A stretch of 32,000 bases of DNA from positions 1,050,001 to 1,082,000 of the forward strand of contig NC_002677.1 in NCBI RefSeq assembly GCF_000195855.1. The letters are read 5' to 3'. The translations under genes were made by a program, and so were the position numbers. Below, piece by piece: positions 21,683 to 32,000 of the stretch (the stretch's first letter is position 1; every line of letters begins with the position of its first letter). The notes beneath the pieces are model-generated. The model did no database searches. It was given only the letters and a program-made list of their open reading frames with translations, and was not told the DNA's origin. Source of the DNA: Mycobacterium leprae TN (lineage in GTDB: Bacteria > Actinomycetota > Actinomycetes > Mycobacteriales > Mycobacteriaceae).

Positions 21683-22705
21683 GTGGTTGACGGCTCAAGT
21701 GTTTTCGGGCATGTGCCCGTCTTTGCGCAACGGTGTGTCACTCTGCTTGCCCCCGCGTTGACCCGCCATCACGCTGACGGGTCCAATGCGATCCTGGTGG
21801 ATGCCACTCTCGGTGTTGGTGGGCACGCAGAGCGATTCCTGACCGAATTTCCGGGTTTGCGGCTGATTGGACTTGACCGCGACCCGAGCGCCCTGGATAT
21901 CGCCCGGACTCGGCTAATGCGATTTGCCGACCGGGTCACGTTAATCCACACGCGTTATGACAACCTCGCTGTAGCACTGAACAAATTTGGTTATGCCGCA
22001 GTGGAATCGGTCGATGGTGTGCTGTTCGATCTGGGTGTTTCGTCCATGCAGCTGGACTGTGCCGAGCGGGGTTTTTCCTACGCTCAAGACGTGCCGTTGG
22101 ACATGCGGATGGACCCGTGGTCACCGGTTAGCGCGGCCGACATCGTCAATAATTACGACGAGGCCGCATTAGCCGATATCCTTCGCCGGTATGGTGAGGA
22201 GCGATTCGCGCGCCGCATCGCTGCGCACATCGTCCGCCGGCGTGCCCACACCCCGTTTACTTCGACCGCCGAGCTGGTAGCTCTGTTGTACCAGGCGATT
22301 CCAGCACCGGCCCGGCGCATCGGAGGCCATCCGGCCAAGCGCACGTTTCAGGCGTTGCGGATCGCGGTCAACGACGAGTTGAACTCGCTGAGTAACGTCC
22401 TTCCCGCTGCGCTGGATGCGCTCACTGTGGCCGGGCGCCTCGTGGTGCTAGCCTATCAGTCGCTCGAAGACCGGATTGTCAAACGCGTGTTTGCCGACGC
22501 GGTCTCCTCCCGCACACCGGCGGGCCTCCCGATCGAACTTCCGGGCCATGGACCGCGATTCCGGTTGTTGACGCGTGGCGCTGAACACGCAGATGCCGCC
22601 GAGATCGAATGTAATCCCCGCAGTGCCGCCGTGCGATTACGGGCTCTGCAACGAACCCAGCATGGAGTGGAACCGCAGCAGCCAACCAGGAGGGGCGACT
22701 CATGA
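21683..22705 (+). CDS. rsmH: 16S rRNA m4C1402 methyltransferase RsmH (MraW)
   Basis: [67 protein letters not shown] and [20 protein letters not shown] 21683 has a GGAGG 7 nt upstream. The same frame is open back to 21344, so a longer N-terminal form (for example ATG 21434) is possible. Confidence 0.93.
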   Translation: MVDGSSVFGHVPVFAQRCVTLLAPALTRHHADGSNAILVDATLGVGGHAERFLTEFPGLRLIGLDRDPSALDIARTRLMRFADRVTLIHTRYDNLAVALNKFGYAAVESVDGVLFDLGVSSMQLDCAERGFSYAQDVPLDMRMDPWSPVSAADIVNNYDEAALADILRRYGEERFARRIAAHIVRRRAHTPFTSTAELVALLYQAIPAPARRIGGHPAKRTFQALRIAVNDELNSLSNVLPAALDALTVAGRLVVLAYQSLEDRIVKRVFADAVSSRTPAGLPIELPGHGPRFRLLTRGAEHADAAEIECNPRSAAVRLRALQRTQHGVEPQQPTRRGDS

Positions 22706-23835
22706 AGGCTCAGCGCGACACGCCGATCCGCCGTGGTGACAGTGGCCGTCCGGGTGGACGCGACGGTGCTGCCCGCAGTGGCAAGCGCACTGCTAATGAG
22801 GCGGGGTCACGTCGCCTCCGAACGCACGCTGGCAAGATCTCGGCTTCCGCCCGTGAGGTCGGGGTGCCGAAGTCTGGACCACGAACCAGCCCGATGTCCC
22901 GACCGGTCGAACGTCCAGCTCGCCCCAGAAACACCACGCAGGCTAAGGCGCGGGCAAAGGCACGGAAAGCCAAGGCGCCCAAGGTTGTCCGTCCTCGGTT
23001 GGGTGAGTGTTTGATCGCCCGGTTGGCATTGATAGATCTGCGGCCACGGACATTGGTGAACAAAGTTCCGTTTGTCGTGCTGGTAATCAGCTCTCTCGGC
23101 GTTGGGTTGGGCCTGACGCTGTGGTTGTCCACTGACTCTGCTGAGCGTTCGTACCAGCTGGGTGATGCCCGTGAACAGGCTCGGATGCTGCAACAGCAGA
23201 AGGAAGCGCTTGAACGTGATGTGCGGGAAGCCGAATCCGCGCCGGCACTGGCCGAGACCGCTCGCAAGCAGGGCATGATCCCGACCAGGGATACTGCCCA
23301 CTTGGTCCAGGGCCCGGGCGGTAACTGGGTGGTCGTAGGTACGCCCAAGCCGGCTGACGGCGTTCCGCCGCCGCCGTTGAACACGAAGCTTCCTGACGCA
23401 GGTCCTCCGTCGTTGAAACCGCCGGAAATTCCCCTGGAAGTCCCGGTTAGGGTAGTACCGGGCCCCGGTGGGCCACCCCCGCCGGCGAGGTCTGGACCGC
23501 AGATGTGGTTGCGCGTTCCCGACGGCGCAACAACTTTGGGAGGCCAACACCTACCCCAAGAACTTCCGCAGTTACCTGGTATGCTTAACGGGCCGGCCGC
23601 TGCGCAGGTGCAGGTCCCGGGGTTTATGCCGACGCCGGGACTGCCAATTCCAGGCAGCACTATGCGCGTCCCAGTGCCCGCGCCGGCACCAACGGAAGTG
23701 CCGGTTCGGCTGCAACCGGGGCTGGTGTCTCCCGCAGTCACGAGTCCGGTTATATCGACGAGCCCGGTGCCCACGCCGGTTAACAGCGAGCAGTTCGGCC
23801 CCGTCACGGCCACAGCGCCAGGGACGTCGCGGTGA
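22702..23835 (+). CDS. ftsL: FtsL-like divisome bitopic membrane protein (Rv2164c-like)
   Basis: Basic N-terminus, single TM ([19 protein letters not shown]), short coiled-coil ([15 protein letters not shown]), Pro-rich C-terminus. ATGA overlap with rsmH; lies immediately before pbpB. Confidence 0.85.
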   Translation: MKAQRDTPIRRGDSGRPGGRDGAARSGKRTANEAGSRRLRTHAGKISASAREVGVPKSGPRTSPMSRPVERPARPRNTTQAKARAKARKAKAPKVVRPRLGECLIARLALIDLRPRTLVNKVPFVVLVISSLGVGLGLTLWLSTDSAERSYQLGDAREQARMLQQQKEALERDVREAESAPALAETARKQGMIPTRDTAHLVQGPGGNWVVVGTPKPADGVPPPPLNTKLPDAGPPSLKPPEIPLEVPVRVVPGPGGPPPPARSGPQMWLRVPDGATTLGGQHLPQELPQLPGMLNGPAAAQVQVPGFMPTPGLPIPGSTMRVPVPAPAPTEVPVRLQPGLVSPAVTSPVISTSPVPTPVNSEQFGPVTATAPGTSR

Positions 23836-25859
23836 GACGCGGCGACGCTCACCGCCCATGCTCGTCGCGGTCGGCACAGTTGGGGAACAGCTCCAGCACA
23901 CCGCCCGTTCGGCAACCCAAGCGGCTTCGCCAACCAGAGAAAGCTAGGAAAGCCAAGGACACCAAAAAATCTCGCTCAGCAGTCGCGGCGGATGCAGTGA
24001 CGGAGGGTCGTTCAGCTCGGAAGCGGCGCACCCGGCAGGTGGTCGAAATAGGAACTTACGGTCCATCTTTTATCTTCCGGCATCGGGGTGGCAACGTGGT
24101 TATCTTCGCGTTGATGCTGGTGGCGGCGACGCAGCTGTTCAACCTACAGGTTTCAAATGCCGCGGGTCTGCGTGCTCAGGCGGCCGGACAGCTCAGGGTA
24201 ACTGACGTCGAAAAGGCGGTTCGCGGCAGCATAACCGACCGCAACAACGAGCAACTTGCCTTCACTATCGAATCGCGCGCGTTGACGTTTCAGCCGAAGA
24301 AAATTCGCCAGCAGCTGGAGGAAGCCAAACAGAAAACGCCATCCGCTCCTGACCCGCAGCAGCGCCTACAAGATATCGCCAAGGAGGTCGCGGGTCGGTT
24401 GAGCAACAAGCCCGACGGTCCGTCGTTGCTGAAGAAGCTGCAAAGCAACGACAGTTTCGTCTATTTGGCGCGCGCCGTCGATCCTGCCGTCGCCGAGGCG
24501 ATCTCCGCCAAATATCCCGAAGTTGGTTCTGAACGGCAGGACCTGCGCCAGTATCCGGGCGGATCACTAGCGGCCAACATCGTCGGCGGCATCGACTGGG
24601 ACGGGCATGGATTGCTGGGTCTTGAGGACTCCCTGGACTCCGTGTTGTCCGGAACCGACGGTTCGGTCACCTACGACCGCGGGTCCGACGGTGTGGTAAT
24701 CCCGGGCAGCTACCGCAATCGGCACCGGGCGGTTAACGGCTCGACCGTCCAGCTCACCATCGACGACGACATCCAGTTCTACGTGCAGCAGCAGGTGCAG
24801 CAGGCAAAGAACTTGTCCGGTGCCCATAATGTTTCGGCCGTCGTCCTGGATGCCAAGACTGGCGAAGTACTTGCCATGGCCAACGACAACACCTTCGACC
24901 CGTCGCAAGACATTGGGCGCCAAGGTGGTAAGCAGCTGGGTAACTTGGCAGTTTCCTCGCCATTTGAGCCGGGCTCGGTGAATAAGGTCATCACCGCATC
25001 CGCGGTCATTGAATATGGGCTGTCCACTCCCGATGAGGTGCTGCAGGTTCCTGGCTCGATCCAGATGGGTGGTGTGTCCGTCCATGATGCGTGGGAGCAC
25101 GGTGTGATGCCCTATACCACCACTGGAGTGTTTGGAAAGTCTTCCAACGTCGGTACGTTGATGCTGGCCCAGCGTGTCGGTCCGGAACGCTTTTACGACA
25201 TGGTCCGCAAGTTCGGGTTAGGTCAACTCACCGGCGTGGGGCTGCCCGGTGAAAGCGAGGGGTTGGTACCGTCCGTCGACCAATGGTCGGGCAGCACTTT
25301 TTCGAATTTGCCTATAGGGCAAGGTCTTTCGACGACTCTACTGCAGATGACCGGAATGTATCAAGTCATTGCCAATGACGGGGTGCGGATACCGCCGCGG
25401 ATCATTAAGGCTACTAACGCAGCTGACGGTACGCGGACGCAAGAACCGCGGCCGGACGGCATTCGGGTGGTGTCGCCGCAGACTGCCCAGACCGTGCGGC
25501 AGATGCTGCGCGCTGTGGTGCAAAAAGATCCGATGGGTTACCAGCAGGGTACTGGTCCCGCGGCCGGGGTGTCCGGCTATCAGATAGCCGGCAAGACAGG
25601 TACTGCGCAGCAAGTTAATCCCGCCTGCAGATGCTACTTCGACGATGTCTACTGGATTACCTTTGCTGGAATGGCTACCGTCGACAATCCCCGCTACGTC
25701 ATCGGCACCATGATGGACAACCCTGAGCGCAACGCGGACGGTACGCCCGGTCACAGTGCGGCCCCACTTTTCCATAACGTCGCGGGCTGGCTGATGCAGC
25801 GTGAGAACGTGCCGCTGTCACCGGATCCGGGACCACCGTTGACGCTGCAGGCCACCTAG
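23832..25859 (+). CDS. pbpB: Penicillin-binding protein PbpB (FtsI/PBP3)
   Basis: 675-aa ORF: TM segment, SSPFEPGSVNKV (SxxK region), GKSSNVGTL (SxN) and AGKTGTAQQ (KTG). Confidence 0.96.
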   Translation: MRRGDAHRPCSSRSAQLGNSSSTPPVRQPKRLRQPEKARKAKDTKKSRSAVAADAVTEGRSARKRRTRQVVEIGTYGPSFIFRHRGGNVVIFALMLVAATQLFNLQVSNAAGLRAQAAGQLRVTDVEKAVRGSITDRNNEQLAFTIESRALTFQPKKIRQQLEEAKQKTPSAPDPQQRLQDIAKEVAGRLSNKPDGPSLLKKLQSNDSFVYLARAVDPAVAEAISAKYPEVGSERQDLRQYPGGSLAANIVGGIDWDGHGLLGLEDSLDSVLSGTDGSVTYDRGSDGVVIPGSYRNRHRAVNGSTVQLTIDDDIQFYVQQQVQQAKNLSGAHNVSAVVLDAKTGEVLAMANDNTFDPSQDIGRQGGKQLGNLAVSSPFEPGSVNKVITASAVIEYGLSTPDEVLQVPGSIQMGGVSVHDAWEHGVMPYTTTGVFGKSSNVGTLMLAQRVGPERFYDMVRKFGLGQLTGVGLPGESEGLVPSVDQWSGSTFSNLPIGQGLSTTLLQMTGMYQVIANDGVRIPPRIIKATNAADGTRTQEPRPDGIRVVSPQTAQTVRQMLRAVVQKDPMGYQQGTGPAAGVSGYQIAGKTGTAQQVNPACRCYFDDVYWITFAGMATVDNPRYVIGTMMDNPERNADGTPGHSAAPLFHNVAGWLMQRENVPLSPDPGPPLTLQAT

Positions 25860-25924
25860 CGGTGTGAGCGTAGCCGACATCGGCATTAGTGAGCGGTGAC
25901 GTCTACTCGCTAATTTTCGCTTTA

Positions 25925-25940
25925 GCGGCGATTTCGCCGC
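25925..25940 (+). terminator. Short perfect hairpin between pbpB and murE
   Basis: GCGGCGA-TT-TCGCCGC: 7-bp GC-rich arms in the only non-overlapping junction between pbpB and murD. Confidence 0.35.
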
Positions 25941-25943
25941 CCT

Positions 25944-27593
25944 GTGCTGGAGCCGGTGTGTCCGGGTAGGGTGTCATGGCTAGTCATGGTTGACGGAGGT
26001 GTGACTGAGGTGGTGGCGGTGCCGGTTAGGTTGCGCCCCAGCGCCACTGCGGGGGTGCGGCTCCCTGAGCTTGTGGCTCAGGTTGGTGCTGTGCTGGCCG
26101 ACGGCCCCGGGCAGGCGGCGACTGTCCCAGACATTCCGGTGACCGGTGTGACGCTGCGGGCCCAGGAGGTGCTGTCCGGTGATCTGTTCGCTGCATTGGC
26201 TGGTGCATCCACACACGGCGCTCGGTATGCCGGCGTTGCGCTCGAACGAGGTGCTGTCGCGGTGCTTACCGACGTTGCAGGGGTCGCCGAGCTGACAGCC
26301 CAGGCCAGCAGCGTGCCGATACTCATACATCCGGAACCCCGCAGCGTGCTCGGCGGTCTTGCCGCCGCGGCATATGGACATCCCTCCAACCGGATGACGG
26401 TTGTTGGGATTACTGGAACATCGGGTAAGACGACTACCACCTATATGGTTGAGGCTGGTTTACGGGCTGGTGGGCGAGTGGTCGGGCTAGTCGGCACCAT
26501 CGGCATTCGGATCGACGGTGCCGACATCCCTAGCTTTCTGACCACGCCGGAGGCTCCTGCGCTGCAGGCGATGCTCGCGGCGATGGTCGAGCGCGGTGTG
26601 GAAACCGTGGTTATGGAGGTGTCTAGTCACGCGTTGAGTCTGGGTCGGGTGGAAGGCACCCAGTTCGCAGTGGCCGGTTTCACCAATTTGTCTCGCGACC
26701 ACCTCGATTTTCACCCCGACATGGAGGAGTATTTCGAAGCCAAGGCGGTGCTGTTCGATCCGCACTCGTTGCTGCGGGCTCGCACCGTCGTGGTATGCAT
26801 CGACGATGACGCTGGGCGCGCGACGGCCGCCCGGGCCGGTGACGCCATCACAGTCAGCGCCCTAGGTCAACCCGCATCGTGGCGCGCGACGGACATTAGG
26901 TCACCGGGTGTCGGAGCCCAGGAGTTCACCGCCGTAGACCCCGCCGGTGTCCAGCACCGGGTCGGCATTCGGTTACCCGGCCGCTACAACGTCGCTAATT
27001 GTCTTGTCGCCCTGGCGATTCTAGACGTTGTTGGGGTGTCTCCGGAGCAGGCTTCCTTGGGGTTCCGGGACATCCGAATCCCCGGACGACTGGAACGGAT
27101 CGACTGCGGCCAAGATTTTCTTGCACTGGTCGACTATGCGCACAAGCCAGGAGCGTTACACTCAGTGTTGACCGCCCTACTGCAGCCGGACCATCGGCTG
27201 GCAGTGGTGTTCGGTGCGGGGGGCGAGCGTGACCCGGGCAAGCGGGCTCCGATGGGCGAGATTGCCGCTGAGCTAGCCGATTTGGTCGTCGTGACCGATG
27301 ACAACCCGCGTGGCGAGGATCCGGCGGCAATTCGTCGTGACATTCTGACCGGCACTGTCGCGGCTGGCGGTGCGGCGCAGGTCGTCGAGATTGGTGACCG
27401 GCGGGCTGCTATCCAATACGCGGTTGCTTGGGCGGGTCCTGATGACGTGGTGTTGGTGGCGGGCAAAGGTCATGAAACCGGGCAGCGGGGCGCTGCCGAG
27501 ACCTGCCCCTTCGACGACCGGGTGGAGCTGGCTCGGGCGCTGCAGGTCCGTGACGCCCGACTGCTTCCTGCGCCTGGGCGAGCGTGCCAATGA
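25944..27593 (+). CDS. murE: UDP-N-acetylmuramoyl-tripeptide synthetase MurE
   Basis: [69 protein letters not shown] and [10 protein letters not shown] (DNPR). Exact start uncertain; a downstream GTG ([15 protein letters not shown]) is likely. Confidence 0.95.
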   Translation: MLEPVCPGRVSWLVMVDGGVTEVVAVPVRLRPSATAGVRLPELVAQVGAVLADGPGQAATVPDIPVTGVTLRAQEVLSGDLFAALAGASTHGARYAGVALERGAVAVLTDVAGVAELTAQASSVPILIHPEPRSVLGGLAAAAYGHPSNRMTVVGITGTSGKTTTTYMVEAGLRAGGRVVGLVGTIGIRIDGADIPSFLTTPEAPALQAMLAAMVERGVETVVMEVSSHALSLGRVEGTQFAVAGFTNLSRDHLDFHPDMEEYFEAKAVLFDPHSLLRARTVVVCIDDDAGRATAARAGDAITVSALGQPASWRATDIRSPGVGAQEFTAVDPAGVQHRVGIRLPGRYNVANCLVALAILDVVGVSPEQASLGFRDIRIPGRLERIDCGQDFLALVDYAHKPGALHSVLTALLQPDHRLAVVFGAGGERDPGKRAPMGEIAAELADLVVVTDDNPRGEDPAAIRRDILTGTVAAGGAAQVVEIGDRRAAIQYAVAWAGPDDVVLVAGKGHETGQRGAAETCPFDDRVELARALQVRDARLLPAPGRACQ

Positions 27594-29143
27594 TCGACCT
27601 GACGGTTGCCCGGGTTACCGAGATCGTCGGTGGCGCGTTGGTCGATATCTCTCCCGAGGAGGCCGCCGAGCGTCGCGTCACCGGCAGCGTGGAATTTGAT
27701 TCGCGGGCTGTTGGCCCCGGCGGTCTATTCCTGGCCTTGCCGGGGGCCCGCTCGGACGGACATGACCATGCTGCTTCGGCGATAGCGGCCGGTGCGGTGG
27801 CTGTGTTGGCTGCCCGGCCGGTCGGCGTTCCCGCCATCGTAGTTGCTCCTGACCCTCGCACGGGTGACGGCGGGCTGACTGGGGTGCTTGAGCACGATGC
27901 AGACGGATCGGGCGCGGCGGTGCTGGCCGCCTTGGCTAAGTTGGCCAAGGCGGTGGCCGCGGAGCTGGTAGCTGGCGGGCTGACTATCATTGGGATTACC
28001 GGATCGTCGGGGAAGACATCCACCAAAGATTTGGTGGCCGTCGTGCTGGAGTTGCTCGGTGAGGTGGTGGCGCCACCCGAGTCGTTCAACAATGAACTGG
28101 GTCATCCCTGGACAGTGTTGCGTGCAACCCGTAGCACGGACTATTTGATTCTGGAGATGTCGGCACGCCGTCCCGGTAATATTGCCGCGTTGGCGGCGAT
28201 CGCCCCACCAAAGATAGGGGTTGTCCTCAACGTCGGCACTGCGCACCTAGGTGAGTTTGGCTCCCGGGAAGCCATCGCGCGAACTAAAACCGAGCTTCCG
28301 CAAGCTATTATGCAGTCCGGTGTGGTCATACTCAACGTCGATGACCCGGCGGTGGCGGCGATGGCTGACGCGACCGTGGCCCGCGTGATTCGGGTTAGTC
28401 GCGGTAGTTATAGCCATCCGGGGTCACCAAACAGCCCAGACGTTTGGACTGGTCCGGTGTCGCTCGACGAACTTGCTAGGCCGCGCTTCACGCTGCATAC
28501 TCGAGATCCACGCGCCGGCGCCACCGAAATCCAACTCGGCGTGTACGGCGATCATCAGGTCGCCAACGCCTTGTGCGCGGCTGCGGTCGGACTGGAATGC
28601 GGTGCTAGCGTCGAGGAAGTGGCGGTCGCGCTTGCCGCGACAGGGCCGGTGTCGCGGCATCGGATGCAGGTGACCACGCGCGCTGACGGGGTGACGGTGA
28701 TCGACGACACCTACAACGCCAACCCCGACTCGATGCGGGCCGGGCTACAGGCTTTGGCCTGGATCGCGCATGGTGGGACCCATGATAAGAACCAGCCAGG
28801 TTCTTGTGCTCGACGAAGCTGGGCGGTGTTGGGTGAGATGGCCGAGCTTGGAGAGGACTCGATAACCGAACACGATCGCATCGGCCGGCTAGCGGTGCGC
28901 TTAGATGTGTCTCGACTCGTTGTCGTGGGAGGGGGAAGGTCGATAAACGCCATGCACCGCGGAGCGGTTATGGAAGGTTCTTGGGGTTTAGAGACGGTTA
29001 ATGTGGCCGACCCCGCTGCTGCCCTGACATTGTTGCGGGCTGAAGTACGACCCGGCGACGTGGTCCTGATCAAGGCGTCGCATTCGGTCGGCCTAGGAGC
29101 GCTGGCTGATGTACTGGTGGGCGACGGGGCCATCCGCCCATGA
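27590..29143 (+). CDS. murF: UDP-N-acetylmuramoyl-tripeptide--D-alanyl-D-alanine ligase MurF
   Basis: [44 protein letters not shown] and [16 protein letters not shown] overlap with the murE stop. Confidence 0.95.
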   Translation: MIDLTVARVTEIVGGALVDISPEEAAERRVTGSVEFDSRAVGPGGLFLALPGARSDGHDHAASAIAAGAVAVLAARPVGVPAIVVAPDPRTGDGGLTGVLEHDADGSGAAVLAALAKLAKAVAAELVAGGLTIIGITGSSGKTSTKDLVAVVLELLGEVVAPPESFNNELGHPWTVLRATRSTDYLILEMSARRPGNIAALAAIAPPKIGVVLNVGTAHLGEFGSREAIARTKTELPQAIMQSGVVILNVDDPAVAAMADATVARVIRVSRGSYSHPGSPNSPDVWTGPVSLDELARPRFTLHTRDPRAGATEIQLGVYGDHQVANALCAAAVGLECGASVEEVAVALAATGPVSRHRMQVTTRADGVTVIDDTYNANPDSMRAGLQALAWIAHGGTHDKNQPGSCARRSWAVLGEMAELGEDSITEHDRIGRLAVRLDVSRLVVVGGGRSINAMHRGAVMEGSWGLETVNVADPAAALTLLRAEVRPGDVVLIKASHSVGLGALADVLVGDGAIRP

Positions 29144-30219
29144 GACAGATCCTTGTCGCTGTCACAGTCGCGCTGGTTGTGTCTATCCTGTTGACCCCAG
29201 CGCTGATCCGGTTGTTCACCAGACACGGCTTCGGCCAGGAAATCCGTGAAGACGGCCCACCCAGCCACCACAACAAACGGGGAACCCCATCTATGGGTGG
29301 TGTTGCCATTGTCGCCGGCATTTGGGCCGGCTACCTGGGCACTCATCTGGCAGGCTTGGCGTTCGATGGTGAAGGCGTATCGGCGTCGGGTGTGCTGGTG
29401 TTGGGTCTGGCTACTGCGCTGGGCGGCGTCGGATTCCTCGATGACTTGATCAAGATCCGCAGGTCGCGCAACCTCGGGTTGAACAAGACAGCCAAGACCG
29501 TCGGGCAGATAACAGCCGCGGTGCTGTTCGGGGTGCTGGTGTTGCAGTTCCGCAATGGCGCCGGCTTGACACCGGCCAGCGCGGATCTGTCCTACGTGCG
29601 TGAGATTGCGACCGTCACCTTGGCGCCGGCGTTATTCGTGCTGTTCTGCATGGTCATCGTCAGTGCCTGGTCAAATGCGGTCAACTTCACCGACGGCTTA
29701 GACGGGCTGGCCGCTGGCAGTATGGCGATGGTCACCGCCGCCTATGTTTTGATCACCTTTTGGCAATATCGCAATGCGTGCGTGACGGCGCCGGGACTGG
29801 GTTGCTATAATGTGCGCGATCCGCTGGACCTGACGTTGATTGCAGCTGCGACGGTGGGCGCGTGTATTGGCTTTTTGTGGTGGAATGCCGCACCGGCCAA
29901 GATTTTCATGGGAGATACCGGGTCCCTAGCGTTGGGTGGCGTGATCGCTGGCTTGTCGGTCACCAGTCGCACTGAGATTCTTGCGGTCGTGCTGGGTTCG
30001 CTGTTCGTTGCCGAAATCACCTCGGTTGTATTGCAGATTCTGGCTTTCCGGACCACTGGTCGTCGGGTGTTTCGGATGGCGCCGTTCCACCATCATTTCG
30101 AATTGGCCGGTTGGGCCGAAACCACTGTGATCATTCGTTTTTGGCTGCTCACAGCGATCGCTTGCGGTCTGGGCGTGGTCCTGTTCTATGGCGAGTGGCT
30201 AGCCACCATTGGCGCTTGA
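29140..30219 (+). CDS. mraY: Phospho-N-acetylmuramoyl-pentapeptide transferase MraY/MurX
   Basis: [33 protein letters not shown] and [17 protein letters not shown] in a polytopic membrane ORF; ATGA overlap with murF. Confidence 0.96.
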   Translation: MRQILVAVTVALVVSILLTPALIRLFTRHGFGQEIREDGPPSHHNKRGTPSMGGVAIVAGIWAGYLGTHLAGLAFDGEGVSASGVLVLGLATALGGVGFLDDLIKIRRSRNLGLNKTAKTVGQITAAVLFGVLVLQFRNGAGLTPASADLSYVREIATVTLAPALFVLFCMVIVSAWSNAVNFTDGLDGLAAGSMAMVTAAYVLITFWQYRNACVTAPGLGCYNVRDPLDLTLIAAATVGACIGFLWWNAAPAKIFMGDTGSLALGGVIAGLSVTSRTEILAVVLGSLFVAEITSVVLQILAFRTTGRRVFRMAPFHHHFELAGWAETTVIIRFWLLTAIACGLGVVLFYGEWLATIGA

Positions 30220-30220
30220 C

Positions 30221-31693
30221 GTGCTTGACACACTGGTACCGGGCGCGCCTGTATTAGTAGCTGGTGGCGGGGTGACCGGGCGGGCGGTACTGGCGGCGCT
30301 GACCCGTTTTGGCATGGCGGCAACGCTGTGTGACGACGACCCAGCCGCCCTGCAGCAATACGCCGACAACGGGGTGGCTACCGTGAGTGCAGCTACCGCC
30401 ACACAACAGATGTTCGAGCGGGGAAGAAAATACGTCCTGGTGGTCACCAGTCCAGGTTTCGCGCCGACCACCCCCGTGCTCGTCGCCGCGTCGGCGGCGC
30501 GGGTGCCTATTTGGGGCGATGTGGAGTTAGCTTGGCGACTCGATGCCGCGGGCTACTACGGGCCGCCACGTCGCTGGCTTGTGGTGACGGGTACGAACGG
30601 TAAAACGACGACGACGTCAATGCTGCACGCGATGTTGGCGGCAGATAACCGGCGTAGCCTGCTGTGTGGAAACATCGGCCGCCCGGTGCTGGATGTCTTA
30701 ACTGAGTTCGCCGAACCCTCGGATTTTCTTGCTGTCGAGCTGTCCAGTTTTCAGCTGCACTGGGCTCCTTCGCTACGGCCGGAGGCCGGCGTGGTGCTCA
30801 ACATTGCCGAAGACCACCTCGACTGGCATTCGACAATGGCCGATTACACCATGGCGAAGGCTCGGGTGCTGACCGGCCGGGTGGCGGTGGTTGGGCTGGA
30901 CGACAGCCGGGCCGCGGCACTGCTGAGCACGACAGTAGCGCCGGTACGGGTCGGCTTCCGGTTCGGAGAACCAGCTGTGGGCGAGCTCGGGGTGCGTGAC
31001 GGTTATCTCGTTGATCGTGCGTTTGCTGAAGACCTGGCCTTAATGCCGGTTACGTCGATACCGGTGTCGGGCCCGGTCGGAGTTCTCGACGCGTTGGCCG
31101 CTGCGGCACTGGCCCGCAGTGTCGGTGTGGGGGCGACCGCGATCGCCGACGCGGTCGCATTGTTTCGGCTGGGCCGACACCGGGCGGAGGTGGTAGCCGT
31201 TGCTGACGGGATCCGCTACGTTGATGATTCCAAGGCCACCAACCCGCACGCAGCTCTTGTCTCGGTATTAGCCTACCCGCGTGTGGTGTGGGTGGCCGGT
31301 GGCCTACTCAAGGGTGCGTCTGTCGATGCGGAGGTTGCGCGCATGGCGCCTCAGTTGGTCGGCGCGGTGCTGATCGGCCGAGATCGCGCGATGGTTGCCG
31401 AGGCGTTATCACGACACGCGCCCAATGTCCCCGTTGTCCAGGTTGTGGCAGGCGAGGATGCTGGTATGCATGCGGTTGCCGTTGTTTCTGGTACTGATGT
31501 GATAAGCATCAGTGATGTTGGCGGGACTATCGGTACTCGCGTGATGGTTGCGGCCGTGGCGGCGGCCCGGGATTTAGCCCAACCTGGTGACACCGTACTG
31601 CTGGCACCGGCCGGCGCGTCGTTCGACCAATTTAGCGGTTATGCCGACCGCGGTGACACATTCGCAACTGCCGTGCGCGCAGCGATCCGGTAG
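30221..31693 (+). CDS. murD: UDP-N-acetylmuramoylalanine--D-glutamate ligase MurD
   Basis: [51 protein letters not shown] and [19 protein letters not shown]. Track ORF begins at TTG 30209; GTG 30221 is also plausible. Confidence 0.94.
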
Positions 31694-32000
31694 GTGGGCG
31701 TGGGTAACGCGCTGGGTCGGGATAGGGGTCGGGGCACGGGAGATAACAACAGTGTGCAGGCCGCCACGACCGTGGAGGCGGTTGAGCCCGGCACTGCTAC
31801 GACCGGCGAAGTGTCCGAAGCGGAGGCCAAAAGAGCCGGCTCTCTGAGGGCCGGAGTACGCGGCCCTCAGACTCGGTTCGATGCCTGGCTGGGCCGGCCG
31901 ATGGCCTCCTTTCATCTGATAATTGCTGTGGCTGGATTGCTGACGGCATTAGGTCTGATAATGGTGTTGTCGGCCTCAGGTGTGCGGTCCTACGGCGACG
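31694..32000 (+). CDS. ftsW: Cell-division lipid II-associated protein FtsW (5' part, runs off the window)
   Basis: GTG 31694 directly follows the murD stop. Frame is open to the window end: [42 protein letters not shown]. Not in the ORF track because it has no stop in the window. Confidence 0.88.
   Translation, partial: MGVGNALGRDRGRGTGDNNSVQAATTVEAVEPGTATTGEVSEAEAKRAGSLRAGVRGPQTRFDAWLGRPMASFHLIIAVAGLLTALGLIMVLSASGVRSYGD

Noticed and set aside
21459-21761. Two opposite-strand ORFs (21459..21761 + and 21513..21698 -) sharing nearly identical peptides
   Set aside because: The shared peptide is an automatic result of the 40-bp-arm inverted repeat; no independent evidence of coding.

Overview
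This window looks like ordinary mycobacterial core chromosome, most consistent with the M. leprae / M. lepromatosis lineage. It is co-linear, in reverse orientation, with M. tuberculosis Rv2190c to Rv2154c, and it shows gene decay and lacks the PE_PGRS and IS genes I recall at this locus in M. tuberculosis. Species and Rv names are recalled from protein similarity, not searched. Gene order: NlpC/P60 hydrolase (ripC), pimB', fadD15 (-), two SRPBCC proteins, ArsA-like ATPase, small protein, acyltransferase, mannosyltransferase (-), decayed Rv2180c-like membrane gene, 3'-5' exoribonuclease, aroG, pknL (-), Rv2175c-like wHTH protein, mptA (-), idsA2 pseudogene (-), metF-like gene, lppM (-), GNAT (-), DUF3040 gene, then the dcw cluster mraZ-rsmH-ftsL-like-pbpB-murE-murF-mraY/murX-murD-ftsW (partial). 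I see no CRISPR array, prophage, toxin-antitoxin pair, defence island, intact IS element or tRNA/rRNA, and no convincing new multi-gene system. The most interesting signals are structural. They are a perfect 40-bp-arm inverted repeat between mraZ and the rsmH core, a perfect 36-bp palindrome overlapping the pimB' start codon, a perfect 20-bp-arm hairpin near position 350, and four 10-bp-phased TGGG-type repeats upstream of mraZ that fit the known MraZ operator. Three convergent gene pairs also share a 4-bp palindromic stop-stop overlap.
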